Positions 19,525 through 29,510 of a stretch of DNA of 64,000 bases are shown piece after piece. Source of the stretch: Clostridiaceae bacterium (GTDB lineage Bacteria; Bacillota; Clostridia; Christensenellales; CAG-917). The number at the start of each line of letters is the position of its first letter. Position 1 is the stretch's first letter. The notes beneath the pieces are model-generated. The model saw only the letters and a program-made list of their open reading frames with translations, ran no database searches and had not been told where the DNA came from. The stretch lies in the NCBI GenBank assembly GCA_031289315.1, contig JAITPR010000051.1, positions 6,426 to 70,425 on the forward strand, in the 5' to 3' direction. The position numbers and the translations under genes are program-made.

Positions 19525-20514
19525 TTAAACCTCTTTACACCTTCGAGAGATGAATTTGCCGATGTAAAGCGCTATTTCGCGCGGCATTGGGTTGCTACGG
19601 TATTCGGCAAACGCCTCCGCGATAAACTCCCGCATGTTATGGGTCGCATATTCGGACAAGCCGCTTTTTATCTGCCCCTCTGTAAGACGGTTGTAATACC
19701 TCAATATTTCAGGGGCTTCCGAAAGTTCGAACATGAAGTCGAGAAGATGCCCTATCTCGTGATAAAATACCGAATCCGCCGAATTGCACCCGCGCGGCCA
19801 AAACCCACGTTCCTCGCAATCCCTAAAGGTGCTGATAAGCTTGATGTAATTGAAGTCCTTGAATTTCCCTTCGTCAAGAATTATGGCGTCAAAAAGACCG
19901 AACACGGAACGCGCGGAGGCAATCCCTACCCCGTCATGTTGGGTCAACATCTCCAAGATTAAGCTTCCGAACTCCTTCGCGACGTCTTGTGTCAATATGT
20001 AATGCAAGCCCAGTTGCTTCAACGCAGACTCGACGCCGCTGCACAATGACATTGCCATGTTTCTATATCCGAACTCCGAACCGATATAGCAAACGTTGCC
20101 GCGCAATTTAGGAAAATCAAATAAGATTTCGGCAATTACGCACAACATGTGTTTCGCCGCGTTGAGGTTTATCTCTTGAAAGTCGCAATAATCGCATAGA
20201 CCGTATCTTCTAGCAACCTTGTGCAAATCCGCAAGACTTTTTACTTCGTTTATCCGCTCCGTAAGAGTTTCGAGAGTGCAAAGACGCAAAAATGTTCTCG
20301 TACGCCTATGCATGTATAATTGGACTTGCGCGGCGCTCAACTCCAAAATAATAGAGGACGAACCGGCGCCTTGAAGCGACAAGATATACTTCGCGTCGTC
20401 CCTATCCGCCAGCTCCGAATGGCTTGTCAAAATGTCCCTGCAAGCAAACCTTGCCATGTTGCCGTTGTCGGAAACCTCGACAAACGGCTTCTTGTTGTTC
20501 TTTTGTATTGCCAT
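19525..20514 (-). CDS. Zincin-like (HExxH) metallopeptidase domain protein
   Basis: YHEIGHLLD ... LSEYATHNMREFIAEAFAEY; GGAGGAGG RBS. Confidence 0.7.
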   Translation of the reverse strand: MAIQKNNKKPFVEVSDNGNMARFACRDILTSHSELADRDDAKYILSLQGAGSSSIILELSAAQVQLYMHRRTRTFLRLCTLETLTERINEVKSLADLHKVARRYGLCDYCDFQEINLNAAKHMLCVIAEILFDFPKLRGNVCYIGSEFGYRNMAMSLCSGVESALKQLGLHYILTQDVAKEFGSLILEMLTQHDGVGIASARSVFGLFDAIILDEGKFKDFNYIKLISTFRDCEERGFWPRGCNSADSVFYHEIGHLLDFMFELSEAPEILRYYNRLTEGQIKSGLSEYATHNMREFIAEAFAEYRSNPMPREIALYIGKFISRRCKEV

Positions 20515-20551
20515 AATACTGTCCTCCTCCGTGTTAGCCTATTGGTAACCC
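20461..20551. repeat. 91-bp perfect direct repeat, copy 1 (RBS and first 18 codons of the zincin gene)
   Basis: Identical to 25537-25627 by base-by-base reading. Confidence 0.93.
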
Positions 20552-20720
20552 TATCCAGTTAACCATATATCAACCTTCGTATGGCTAACCCTATCTCGTC
20601 AACCCCAATCATGTTAACCTTGCAATGATAACCTACACTACTAAGCATTTATTGTCAACATTTTCTCGTTAGCCCTATTATGCTAACTTTGCAATGGTAA
20701 CTCTATCCTATTAACCCTTC
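20533..20720. repeat. Degenerate tandem array of about 14 GyyAAC-like units
   Basis: gttagcc, gtaacc, gttaacc, atcaacc, gctaacc, gtcaacc, gttaacc, gataacc ... spaced about 11-15 bp. Confidence 0.6.
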
Positions 20721-20864
20721 CTTGTTGAAATGATACCACATTTTACAAATAAGTCAATCCCTTGCCGTATATATTCGCGAATTGACAAAATAAATAAAAG
20801 ATGCCGCCTTGCTAGACAAACAACGCAACATCTTTTTATGTATATAAATGCGTTTTATGTGAGG

Positions 20865-22097
20865 TTATATGTCGCTTGACCATCTCACGACTTTATCATT
20901 AAGAACTGTTAAAATGGGTTCATTCCCTTTCAGCTTTTTTATCTTCTCTTTATTAAAATAATATAACACATCATAATTTAGGTCTTTTTCTTTCTCTACG
21001 AAGTTCTTTTTAAGTTCGATTATGACATAGGCATCTTTGCCGTATTGATGTATATATTTTCCTTTTTTTTCAAACTTTTTTCTTTTACTCTTCAGAAAAT
21101 AACTCTTATTTTCCGACTCATATTCAAATATTTTATTAGGAAGTTCCCTCAAGTCTTTCACTTTATTTGCCAAGTCTCTTTTTTCTACTGCCTCCAACCT
21201 TTTCCATTGATTGTCCTTATAATATTCTATTGATCCTCTCATTATCGATTCCCGATATTTTATTATCTCTTTAAGTCTATCTTCTTCTTTATCTTTAGAG
21301 AACTCCTCCGTCAAAGTATCATAACCATAATTGACTGCCATAAAAATATCTGTATCTCGACCCGTACCACCACTCTCAACGGCTTTTAAATCATTCTCCC
21401 CAGTTTTCCCGCATTTATTAATTATAATATTAATGAGTTGCCTCAAACCGTTATTTAAAGGAATATTCGCGGACTGCTCTATAGGAAGAGACGCGACGTA
21501 TATAAGTTGCCCTAACCAAGCGGACATATAAAGTCTACTTTTGGGTTTAGTTTTGTCATCATACAAATTCTTCCTGAAATTATTTAAATTGTCTATAACA
21601 AGTGTCTTCATGATAGTTGTTAAAAAAGGACAATATAGCCCTACAATAACCTCATAATTCGGTGTGTCTACTATCTTTTGTAGCACTCCGCTCGCTACCG
21701 CCGATTGATAGGACACCATAGAACCCTCAACTTCACACAAAGGGCTTTTTGCATCAATTAGCGTTTTAATCTTTACAAGCTCCCGTTTAATGGACATGAG
21801 CGTCATAGTTTTATCTTTCTTCTCTTTTAACCCATCCAAATAATTGTCGGATTGAAACGCTAGCAAAAGACCGGCCGCTATAGCAAACACTTCAATAATA
21901 ATTTCGCCTAACACATTCGTTTCATAATCAATAAATCCTTTTTCTGTTCTGCCTTTAATGCTATTATCCTCATCTTCATTGAACTGGATGTTCGCGGAAA
22001 AGAGTGTTGTTGCCATAGCAACTATTATAATTATTGCGGAAATTATTATAGTTAACAAAATCCATTTTTTAGACTTTTCTTCTGTAAAACGTTTCAT
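20865..22097 (-). CDS. AT-rich hypothetical membrane protein (two N-terminal hydrophobic segments)
   Basis: 410-aa ORF, AAGGAG RBS; WILLTIIISAIIIIVAM and IIIEVFAIAAGLLLAF helices. Confidence 0.75.
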   Translation of the reverse strand: MKRFTEEKSKKWILLTIIISAIIIIVAMATTLFSANIQFNEDEDNSIKGRTEKGFIDYETNVLGEIIIEVFAIAAGLLLAFQSDNYLDGLKEKKDKTMTLMSIKRELVKIKTLIDAKSPLCEVEGSMVSYQSAVASGVLQKIVDTPNYEVIVGLYCPFLTTIMKTLVIDNLNNFRKNLYDDKTKPKSRLYMSAWLGQLIYVASLPIEQSANIPLNNGLRQLINIIINKCGKTGENDLKAVESGGTGRDTDIFMAVNYGYDTLTEEFSKDKEEDRLKEIIKYRESIMRGSIEYYKDNQWKRLEAVEKRDLANKVKDLRELPNKIFEYESENKSYFLKSKRKKFEKKGKYIHQYGKDAYVIIELKKNFVEKEKDLNYDVLYYFNKEKIKKLKGNEPILTVLNDKVVRWSSDI

Positions 22098-22119
22098 GTG
22101 TTCTCCTTCGTAGAAAATT

Positions 22120-22755
22120 TTATTCTTCGTTTTTTTTGGGGCGGTCGCTCACTGGTTCCGCATTATATTCTAACATGCCAAGTTTTTCATATAAGTGTTT
22201 AGTATCAAAAACGCATAGTACATCAGTGGTATAATGTTTATCCTTTAGTCCGCACTCTTTTGCAAATTTTTCAACATACGCCGCCTCATTAGTAAAATTT
22301 TTAATCAAAGCACTTGCTTCTTTATAATCCGTCCACAACTTCTCAAAATCTTTGTATTCGTTAAAGTCGCGCGGTATCTTGGGCGATACTTGTCCTTCTT
22401 CCACATTTTCCACTGGCATTGCTTGTATCTCCCATGGGCAACTTTCTGTAAACCGATACTTGTATGAAGCAATTTCTTTCCAAGGCGTTTTTCTACATTC
22501 ATCACATTTTGAATTCTCAGCTTGACATTTTTTAGGTACGGTTATCATGTGCGCAACAATTTTTTCTCTAGCGATATTGATTATCATATCTACTTCTGCC
22601 TCCTGCGGATTTTTATATTTTTTAGGATCATGACAATATTTCCCTTCACTATCGATTAACCAATTATTTTCATCGTCAACCAAATAACACCAGTCTTCTC
22701 GGTCTTTTTTATTGAAAAAGAACTTGAATTGATATTTTTTATTGGAACCACTCAT
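22120..22755 (-). CDS. AT-rich hypothetical protein
   Basis: ATG 22755 overlaps the stop of the upstream NACHT gene (ATGA), AGGAGG RBS; several Cys residues. Confidence 0.72.
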   Translation of the reverse strand: MSGSNKKYQFKFFFNKKDREDWCYLVDDENNWLIDSEGKYCHDPKKYKNPQEAEVDMIINIAREKIVAHMITVPKKCQAENSKCDECRKTPWKEIASYKYRFTESCPWEIQAMPVENVEEGQVSPKIPRDFNEYKDFEKLWTDYKEASALIKNFTNEAAYVEKFAKECGLKDKHYTTDVLCVFDTKHLYEKLGMLEYNAEPVSDRPKKNEE

Positions 22756-25421
22756 CTGTTTTCCTCCTTTTCCATGCAAATACGAAATCCTATGTCGACG
22801 TTTCTTTGAAAAGCACTACTCTGTCCCTTGTACAAATTGCCTTTATCATCAACAAGTAGTTCCTTTGGTTGAAGAAAACTGCCGCCTAGACATATACGGT
22901 GTTTAATGAGTTCGACGTACGCATCTTCTAAATTATCATATTTAATATCCCAACGTTCATCGCCAATCATTTCAAAAATATTACCCGCTAAATCATAACC
23001 GTCAGTTGAACGTAGGGACACTGTTTCCAACACATGCTTATCACCGTCACTTTTAATATTAATCTTATTTAATGACAGTGCGCTATCCGTACTGTATAGA
23101 TTATCATGTAGACTAGGATAAGTTTCTTTATAGAAATTCTCCCATTCCGCAGCGTTCAACAGTCTGAATTTCCAAATCCCCTTTTCCGTAACAACTTTGT
23201 TGAGCCAATTACAATAAGCACACGCTTCAAAATAGTTAACGCCAACAATCGGAAAATTAGGGTTATTATAATCTGGATCCTTCCATTTAAGCGGACGTAC
23301 CATGCTAGAGAGAGAATACCTATCCCGTAAAATCGTTTCAATTTCACTCATGTATTGATCATCACAAAAATAGTATAGTTGTAACTTCGAAAACGAAGAT
23401 GTTTGTAGGCGTAAAACCTCTTCATATTTAGCTGACTTTAATTTCGCATGAATCATTTTCCACTTTGTTACAGCGCAGTCTGCTAACTCTTTATGAATCA
23501 TCTCCAATTTTGCTTTTATATCACTATCTTTGCGATCGCATTCATCCCCATTGGGCTTGAATTTTCTCCCGCCTATCTCTTCGTACGCATAGACAATTTC
23601 TTTCCTATAATCGCAATGATTTACAAATTTTTTATATTCGACAACAGTTACCGGACAAACTGCTATTTTAAGGTTTTCTGAAAAATCCTTAAATTGGGGA
23701 ATCAAATACTCTCTTGTTTTCTCTAATTCACGTTCTCTCAAGGTGTTTAAATGCCCTCTATCCCCTAACAATCCAAGTAATTCACCATATTCGGCACGGA
23801 CACTTTTATCCAAATCTGAACCTACATTTGTCTTCAGTTTTTTTATAAGTTCATCTTTATATTCCCCATAATCATCAATCGCAAGCATGCATCTTGCCAA
23901 TATGGCAGACTTGTCTTCTAACATCTGCTTTAAAAATGCGCGACTTCCATTGTTTTCTTTAGAGTTTTTAATGTCTGCTAAACAAGAGGCTATAAGAAAA
24001 CTGCCGGATGTGTCGGCGTTCATTTGATTAACTTGTTTGTTTCGTAATTTTTTATCGTTCGGACATATGAATGTATTAAACCGATGCCTCGCCCAAAAAA
24101 AAGCGAAGATAAATTTATCTCTAAATTCAGTATGCCCGCCGTTGCTCCTTAAAATCCCCTGTTCACAATCGATATCGCAAATATCTTTTACTTCCTTAAG
24201 AACATTTGAATTTTTAGCTGTTAGGCTATTGGTATATATTAAATGCGCTATTTTTTCTAATTGTTCCTCCTGCAATCTACTCAGTTCAAGTGCCTTTATT
24301 TTAGCTTCTATAACAATCCTCATGACTTCAAACATATTTGATGGAAATTCAATATCTCCCTCGTTTTTGGATTTAATAAATCTTTTAAGAATTTCCGTAC
24401 TGGATTTATTAAAGACATTTAAGAAGTATGGCAATCTTAAATATACCGGGATTGACTTTTCTAAGTGGTCAAGAGAAATTTGTGTTACTTTAACTTCTTC
24501 CTTTTCATGAAGACACTGCGCCACATTTTTCTCATGCATCCGATGCTTATTAATTGTGCCAATCTTAACTATGCCATAATTATTACCTGATACGATTTTC
24601 TCGCGCACACGGTCGTCACTTGTTGTGATAACAACATTTAGTGTACCATACTGTTTTTCTTTAATTTGTTTTTTAATCCACTCGTAAACTTCCATATCAG
24701 AGTGGTGAAATCCATCAAAAATATATAATCTATTAACAAAATTATTGACATCATACTCTGTTTCCGCCGAACTTGCAAGCTTGCAGATAACATCATCGAT
24801 TTCCGTATCTGTGTAATTCGATTTTTTGTTTTCGTTGACACGCAACTCATTATGAAGTCTATTGCAGTGGATATAAATCGGTATAATTTTTACCGATTTA
24901 TTTTGCCGAGTTTTTTCTAATGCCATATTAAAAATTTGGGAGATGACAGTTGAGTTTCCTATTCCATGTTCGCCGAAGAGCAGTATAATATCATTTTCTG
25001 CCTTATTCCCAAATATATATTGCCAAACCTCTTCCGCTGTTAAATTGTCGATATAAGCGGTTGACATCTGCGAATACGGTGGGCAATATCGCGCCGGCTG
25101 TAACCAAGAATTATCCGCGGATTTTGCTATAATCATGTCTGTTTTTTCACTTAAATATTTCTCCCAATCTGAACTTCTTTTATCTTTGGGAAGGTCGTAA
25201 GGGGGAGTTTCGCCAATAGGAGTTTTGGGGGAGAAATCATCGCCTAAGTTGGGGCGTTCGGGTTGTATATCCACTGGAACATTTGCTTTTATTGGAGTAA
25301 TCGTTTCCACGCCTGTATGTAGCAACGTTCCAGAATCCATTTCTTTATTCTTGATTTTCGGCTTTTTCTTTTTGTTTGCATCCAAATCTTTATTTTTCTT
25401 CCCAGCCATCTTCCTATTCAC
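22752..25421 (-). CDS. Degenerate NACHT/STAND-like NTPase fused to an FGE-sulfatase (SUMF1) domain
   Basis: LLFGEHGIGNST (Walker A K>N), LYIFDGFHH, VVITTS, EFRDKFIFAFF; FGE motifs PVTVVEYKKFV, PIVGVNYFEACAYCNWL, FRL...EWE, YDLAGNIFE, GGSF, IGFRI. Confidence 0.78.
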   Translation of the reverse strand: MNRKMAGKKNKDLDANKKKKPKIKNKEMDSGTLLHTGVETITPIKANVPVDIQPERPNLGDDFSPKTPIGETPPYDLPKDKRSSDWEKYLSEKTDMIIAKSADNSWLQPARYCPPYSQMSTAYIDNLTAEEVWQYIFGNKAENDIILLFGEHGIGNSTVISQIFNMALEKTRQNKSVKIIPIYIHCNRLHNELRVNENKKSNYTDTEIDDVICKLASSAETEYDVNNFVNRLYIFDGFHHSDMEVYEWIKKQIKEKQYGTLNVVITTSDDRVREKIVSGNNYGIVKIGTINKHRMHEKNVAQCLHEKEEVKVTQISLDHLEKSIPVYLRLPYFLNVFNKSSTEILKRFIKSKNEGDIEFPSNMFEVMRIVIEAKIKALELSRLQEEQLEKIAHLIYTNSLTAKNSNVLKEVKDICDIDCEQGILRSNGGHTEFRDKFIFAFFWARHRFNTFICPNDKKLRNKQVNQMNADTSGSFLIASCLADIKNSKENNGSRAFLKQMLEDKSAILARCMLAIDDYGEYKDELIKKLKTNVGSDLDKSVRAEYGELLGLLGDRGHLNTLRERELEKTREYLIPQFKDFSENLKIAVCPVTVVEYKKFVNHCDYRKEIVYAYEEIGGRKFKPNGDECDRKDSDIKAKLEMIHKELADCAVTKWKMIHAKLKSAKYEEVLRLQTSSFSKLQLYYFCDDQYMSEIETILRDRYSLSSMVRPLKWKDPDYNNPNFPIVGVNYFEACAYCNWLNKVVTEKGIWKFRLLNAAEWENFYKETYPSLHDNLYSTDSALSLNKINIKSDGDKHVLETVSLRSTDGYDLAGNIFEMIGDERWDIKYDNLEDAYVELIKHRICLGGSFLQPKELLVDDKGNLYKGQSSAFQRNVDIGFRICMEKEENR

Positions 25422-25533
25422 TCCTCAATCTTGTTTTTCTTATGCTTATTTTTCTAACATCGTATAACCCGCACCCGACTTTTGCCGGGCGCCGTTGTTA
25501 GCTGTTTTGCAAGCTTCCGGTGAGAAGCCACCA

Positions 25534-25590
25534 TTAGCCGTTGTCGGAAACCTCGACAAACGGCTTCTTGTTGTTCTTTTGTATTGCCAT
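25534..25590 (-). pseudogene. Truncated duplicate of the zincin 5' end (MAIQKNNKKPFVEVSDNG*)
   Basis: Repeat copy 2 carries the RBS and 18 codons, followed immediately by TAA. Confidence 0.75.
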
Positions 25591-25627
25591 AATACTGTCC
25601 TCCTCCGTGTTAGCCTATTGGTAACCC
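25537..25627. repeat. 91-bp perfect direct repeat, copy 2
   Basis: Identical to 20461-20551. Confidence 0.93.
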
Positions 25628-25709
25628 CTCGCCACCTTACGGCGCGTTTAGACGCCGTTGCTATAAAACCCTATACCCATCGGTGCTGTGCATTTAGGCG
25701 TGCCTTTGG

Positions 25710-28700
25710 TTAGTCGTTTATAAGTTCCTCGTATGCCGATTCGAATTCGTCCAGTTCTTTCTTGAATTGGTTCACCGTATCGCTCTCGTCAAGCCGCTGT
25801 TTATAATACTCACGGAATTCCCTCATCCGTGCGGCATTATAACCGCTGTTGTCTATGACGGACGACGTTTTCGAGTAGTTAGTCGCAAGCGCCTCAATAA
25901 GTTTTTCCACGTATTTCCCGTCGCTTTTAAATGCGTCAATCAAGGCTCTTCCGCATTCGTCAATTGCGTTGCCGTCTTCCGCTAGCTTAAACACCGCGGA
26001 AAGCTCACCCAACTTATAAGTAGCCGAAAACGGCTTCTTGAAAAGTTTGTCGTAAGTTTTATCTTCAAGTATAGGTAAAGCCATAAACCCTGTAACGGCG
26101 CTCTCAAATGCGACTTTTGCGGTATCCCGTTCTTTCTTCGCGCCTTTAATATCTGAAAAGACTTCAACGGCTTTTGCGAACTCGGCTTCCGCTTTATTCG
26201 GTTCTTTCTTAGCGCCTTTAATATCTGAAAAGACCTCAATGGCTTTCTCGAATGCGGCTTTCGCTTTATTCGGTTCATTTTCCGCGCCGGAGATCTTCCC
26301 CGCGTTCGGTTCTTTCTTCGCGCCTTTAATATCTGAAAAGACTTCAACGGCTTTCTCAAATGCGGCTTTCGCGGCATTCCGCTCTTCCTCTGCGCCGGGG
26401 AGGTCTGTTTTTGCCGCATTCAGCGCTTTGTGCGCGGCTTTTAGCTCGTTTAACTCGGTTTTACACGTTTCAAGCGTCTGGGTTAGATTGGCTTCAAACG
26501 CTTCTGTTTTTTGCGGCAGACTTAGTTGAACGAATTTCTTTTTTCCCACGCCTATGGGCTTAGGGCTTGAACCGCTCTTTTCGCCGCCCCATATAGTTTC
26601 AATGTCCGCTACTTCCGTTTCGTTCGCTTTTTGTATATCGAATATTTTTTTCAACGCCGCGTCGCCCGCTAAGGAAGCGTCCAGTATCCTTTGGTTGATA
26701 CCTTTAACTTTCCCTTCACTGTCGACATATTTTTGCGTGGTACTCTCCAAAGCTTCGACGGCATTCCGCAAGGCGATATATTTTTGCGCGGTATCTTTCA
26801 AGGCTTCAAAGGGCTTTTGCTGTTTTTTGTCCGCAAATTCTATTTTGTCCTTTAAAATATCCTTCTCCACTTTTTCCGCGTTGCTAAGGATATACGCCTT
26901 GATGTCTTGCGCCGCGTTTTCCTTTTTTTGTTTTATGCGCCCGTCGAAAGCGCCCTTTTGGTTTTTGACGACGCCGTCTATAACGCCCTTAATACCGTCC
27001 GTAAAGGCGAAGTCATATTGCTTCGGCTTATCAGGGCTTTCGGGCTTATCATACGTATTCGCATAGACCTCCACAAACTTACTTGCAACCGTCTCTATTT
27101 TGGTGAGCGTCCTCTCGCGGACATATTTGTCGAACTCTTCTTTCGGCTTGCCGAATATTTCCAACCCGTTTATATTTTCACGGTATTTTTTGTCCTTTTT
27201 CAGAACCTCCGTTCTTCTTTTCGCGAACTTTGACACCATATCCTTGTAGTCTTTAAACCCTAAAGCGACAAACGCCACGGTTGTGTCGTCCGCCTTTATC
27301 TTGTCAAAATGCTCTTCTAGGCTGTTTTTCAGCTTTTCTATCGACGCGCCGTCCGTATCCGATTGGCTGTTTTTTATCGTTTCTAGCATGACGGCTTCGA
27401 CGCCCAAATTGTCGTGCGGCTCGTAAGGGTCAAATACCCCGTCGCTTACCGCCATTAAAATAATCGGCGTATCGAAAGTAAACCGCTTATGATTTAATTT
27501 CGTATTGATAATCTTTTCATTCGGCTGTTGAACGTAGAACAAATTAGTTATGGCTTTTGACGAGTCCTCGTCGTCTTTGGATAGCAGCTTCATTCCGTCC
27601 GGCTTCAACACGTAGCAACGTGAATCCCCCGCCCATACGACGTCGCAAGTTACCTTTTTGCCGTCGCTCTTGTTCTTAACCGCCGTGTCACCGTCTATTT
27701 TTTTGTCGTCGAAAATGTCGTCGTCGCCCACCTTATACTTAATCGCCGCAAGCGTTGTCGGCAATAACAGGTAGGACTGCGGTGTTTTCAGTTTGTATTG
27801 TGACGCGGTTTTGTCCAACCCTTTGCGTATGAATTTTACCAACTCTTTCCGCGTTGTCGCATCCGTTAAGTCATCGAATTTAGCGCTTTCTTCCCGCAGT
27901 GCAAATATAAACCGCGATATAACGACGCGCGATGCCCAAAGTGCGGAAGTATCTTCTTTATCATCCACCATGGGTGCCAGCCATTTTTCAAGGTAGTCGG
28001 CAAAATCCGGGTCGCTGTGTTTCTTTTTGTTGTATTCGTCAAGCACATATTTAATGAGTTCTTCCTGCGACAATTTTCTTTTGTCTTCAAAGTTTAATGG
28101 ATGCACGTATGACCCGGAACCGCCTAAACCGTCCGCAACCACAAGCAATCCGCCGTCCTCGTCGCTGTATAGGAACGGATCTGCGTCCTCGTTTTTGAGT
28201 ACCGAATAAAATTTAAACGCTAAATCTGCCTCTTTTTTAGGCGGTTTTTTATCCGATTGAAGCGGTTTTGGCGGTGTGTGTCGCACCGGTGATTTTTTTA
28301 CGCTTTCCGCTCCCGTAGGCGCTTTTTCGGTTTGCTCGGTTTCGGACGCTCCCGTTTTAGGCGCTTTCACCGCAATTTCCACCGCGTTGGTATCGGAGGC
28401 ACCGCTATCTACGTCCGCCGGTTTAGATTTGGCTTTGGTTTCTTTTGAGGCAGTCTTTTTTTCGGTCGATTTTGTTTCGGTCGTTTCCTTTTCGGTCGGT
28501 TCTGCTTTGGGTTTGTCAGGCGCTTTTTCCGTAGTCGCTTTAACGGGCAGTTCATTCCCTCCGTCCAACTTTCTTACTCCGTTGCTCCACTCCTCGTACT
28601 CACCATCATAAAAACTCCCACGCCGCTTCGCCGTGTTTGCCGGCGGATTCGCATCGCCGGTTGCCGTAGCTTGTACAACCTCCGGTTTAGATTGCGGCGA

Positions 28701-29510
28701 ATTATCCGTGTTTTGTATGTCAATAAACGGCTTTTCCGCACTGTTTATTTTAGGGTTCTTATTAGTTTTTGCGCTCCCCACCCCAGTGGTTTTTGGAAGT
28801 GTAGGCTTTGACGTATCTTCCCGCTTTTCTGTAAAGTGCGCCAAACCTTCGTTTACTAACCATTTGTAATCTTTAGTTAATCCTACCCCGTCTGCCCTAA
28901 TAATAAAGTACTTTTGAGCAGACGATATCCTGATCTGTTTTATTTCGACATACCCGTTTTTGAGTATTTTGTCGAGGGGCTCAAATTCAATCGGGTGTTC
29001 TGCCCATGGTAGGCATTTTATTTTCTTTTCTTCCGGTGCATTTCTCTCCTCGGCATAATGTGCTAATCCGCAAGCCCTAAGCTCTTCACAATCCATAGTA
29101 TCAAAAGTGCCGTCCGTTTCTTTGATGAGCTTATACTTGAAAACGCCGTTTGCCTCCGTCCTTTTTATCGCGACATATCCTTTTGCCGCTATCACTTCGG
29201 AAGACTCAAATTCAATCTGATCCCCTTTCCACGGTGAGTCGATTTCCATAGGCTTGCGATTTACATAGCCTTCGTCGATGAGTTTTTTGATGGAAACATA
29301 CTTTTTTTCTTTTTTGTCGTCGCCAACCATTGCTAATTCATAATCAAATTTGTCTCCGCGTTGCACCGGCCAAAGCTTGTCCACTTTCATTGCCATCAAT
29401 TCCAACGGGGTGAGCCGAGTAAAATAAGGTTCATGAACTTTATGAAGCTCACGGATATTTTTATTAAGGTCGCCGTCCGCCGGCGTAACGTCGTTATTTT
29501 TCGTGTCCAT
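25710..29510 (-). CDS. Large PP2C-like phosphatase: three N-terminal ~60-aa repeats, disordered linker, PP2C core, coiled-coil repeats
   Basis: LVVADGLGGSG, PTTLAA, WAGDSRCY, VSDGVFD, DDTTVAFVALG; TAATG coupling with the kinase stop; repeats like KAAFEKAVEVFSDIKGAKKE. Confidence 0.85.
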   Translation of the reverse strand: MDTKNNDVTPADGDLNKNIRELHKVHEPYFTRLTPLELMAMKVDKLWPVQRGDKFDYELAMVGDDKKEKKYVSIKKLIDEGYVNRKPMEIDSPWKGDQIEFESSEVIAAKGYVAIKRTEANGVFKYKLIKETDGTFDTMDCEELRACGLAHYAEERNAPEEKKIKCLPWAEHPIEFEPLDKILKNGYVEIKQIRISSAQKYFIIRADGVGLTKDYKWLVNEGLAHFTEKREDTSKPTLPKTTGVGSAKTNKNPKINSAEKPFIDIQNTDNSPQSKPEVVQATATGDANPPANTAKRRGSFYDGEYEEWSNGVRKLDGGNELPVKATTEKAPDKPKAEPTEKETTETKSTEKKTASKETKAKSKPADVDSGASDTNAVEIAVKAPKTGASETEQTEKAPTGAESVKKSPVRHTPPKPLQSDKKPPKKEADLAFKFYSVLKNEDADPFLYSDEDGGLLVVADGLGGSGSYVHPLNFEDKRKLSQEELIKYVLDEYNKKKHSDPDFADYLEKWLAPMVDDKEDTSALWASRVVISRFIFALREESAKFDDLTDATTRKELVKFIRKGLDKTASQYKLKTPQSYLLLPTTLAAIKYKVGDDDIFDDKKIDGDTAVKNKSDGKKVTCDVVWAGDSRCYVLKPDGMKLLSKDDEDSSKAITNLFYVQQPNEKIINTKLNHKRFTFDTPIILMAVSDGVFDPYEPHDNLGVEAVMLETIKNSQSDTDGASIEKLKNSLEEHFDKIKADDTTVAFVALGFKDYKDMVSKFAKRRTEVLKKDKKYRENINGLEIFGKPKEEFDKYVRERTLTKIETVASKFVEVYANTYDKPESPDKPKQYDFAFTDGIKGVIDGVVKNQKGAFDGRIKQKKENAAQDIKAYILSNAEKVEKDILKDKIEFADKKQQKPFEALKDTAQKYIALRNAVEALESTTQKYVDSEGKVKGINQRILDASLAGDAALKKIFDIQKANETEVADIETIWGGEKSGSSPKPIGVGKKKFVQLSLPQKTEAFEANLTQTLETCKTELNELKAAHKALNAAKTDLPGAEEERNAAKAAFEKAVEVFSDIKGAKKEPNAGKISGAENEPNKAKAAFEKAIEVFSDIKGAKKEPNKAEAEFAKAVEVFSDIKGAKKERDTAKVAFESAVTGFMALPILEDKTYDKLFKKPFSATYKLGELSAVFKLAEDGNAIDECGRALIDAFKSDGKYVEKLIEALATNYSKTSSVIDNSGYNAARMREFREYYKQRLDESDTVNQFKKELDEFESAYEELIND

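Noticed and set aside
20533-20720. Integron attC/attI sites
   Set aside because: GTT/AAC cores are present, but there is no integron integrase and no paired R'/R'' hairpin around single-gene cassettes.
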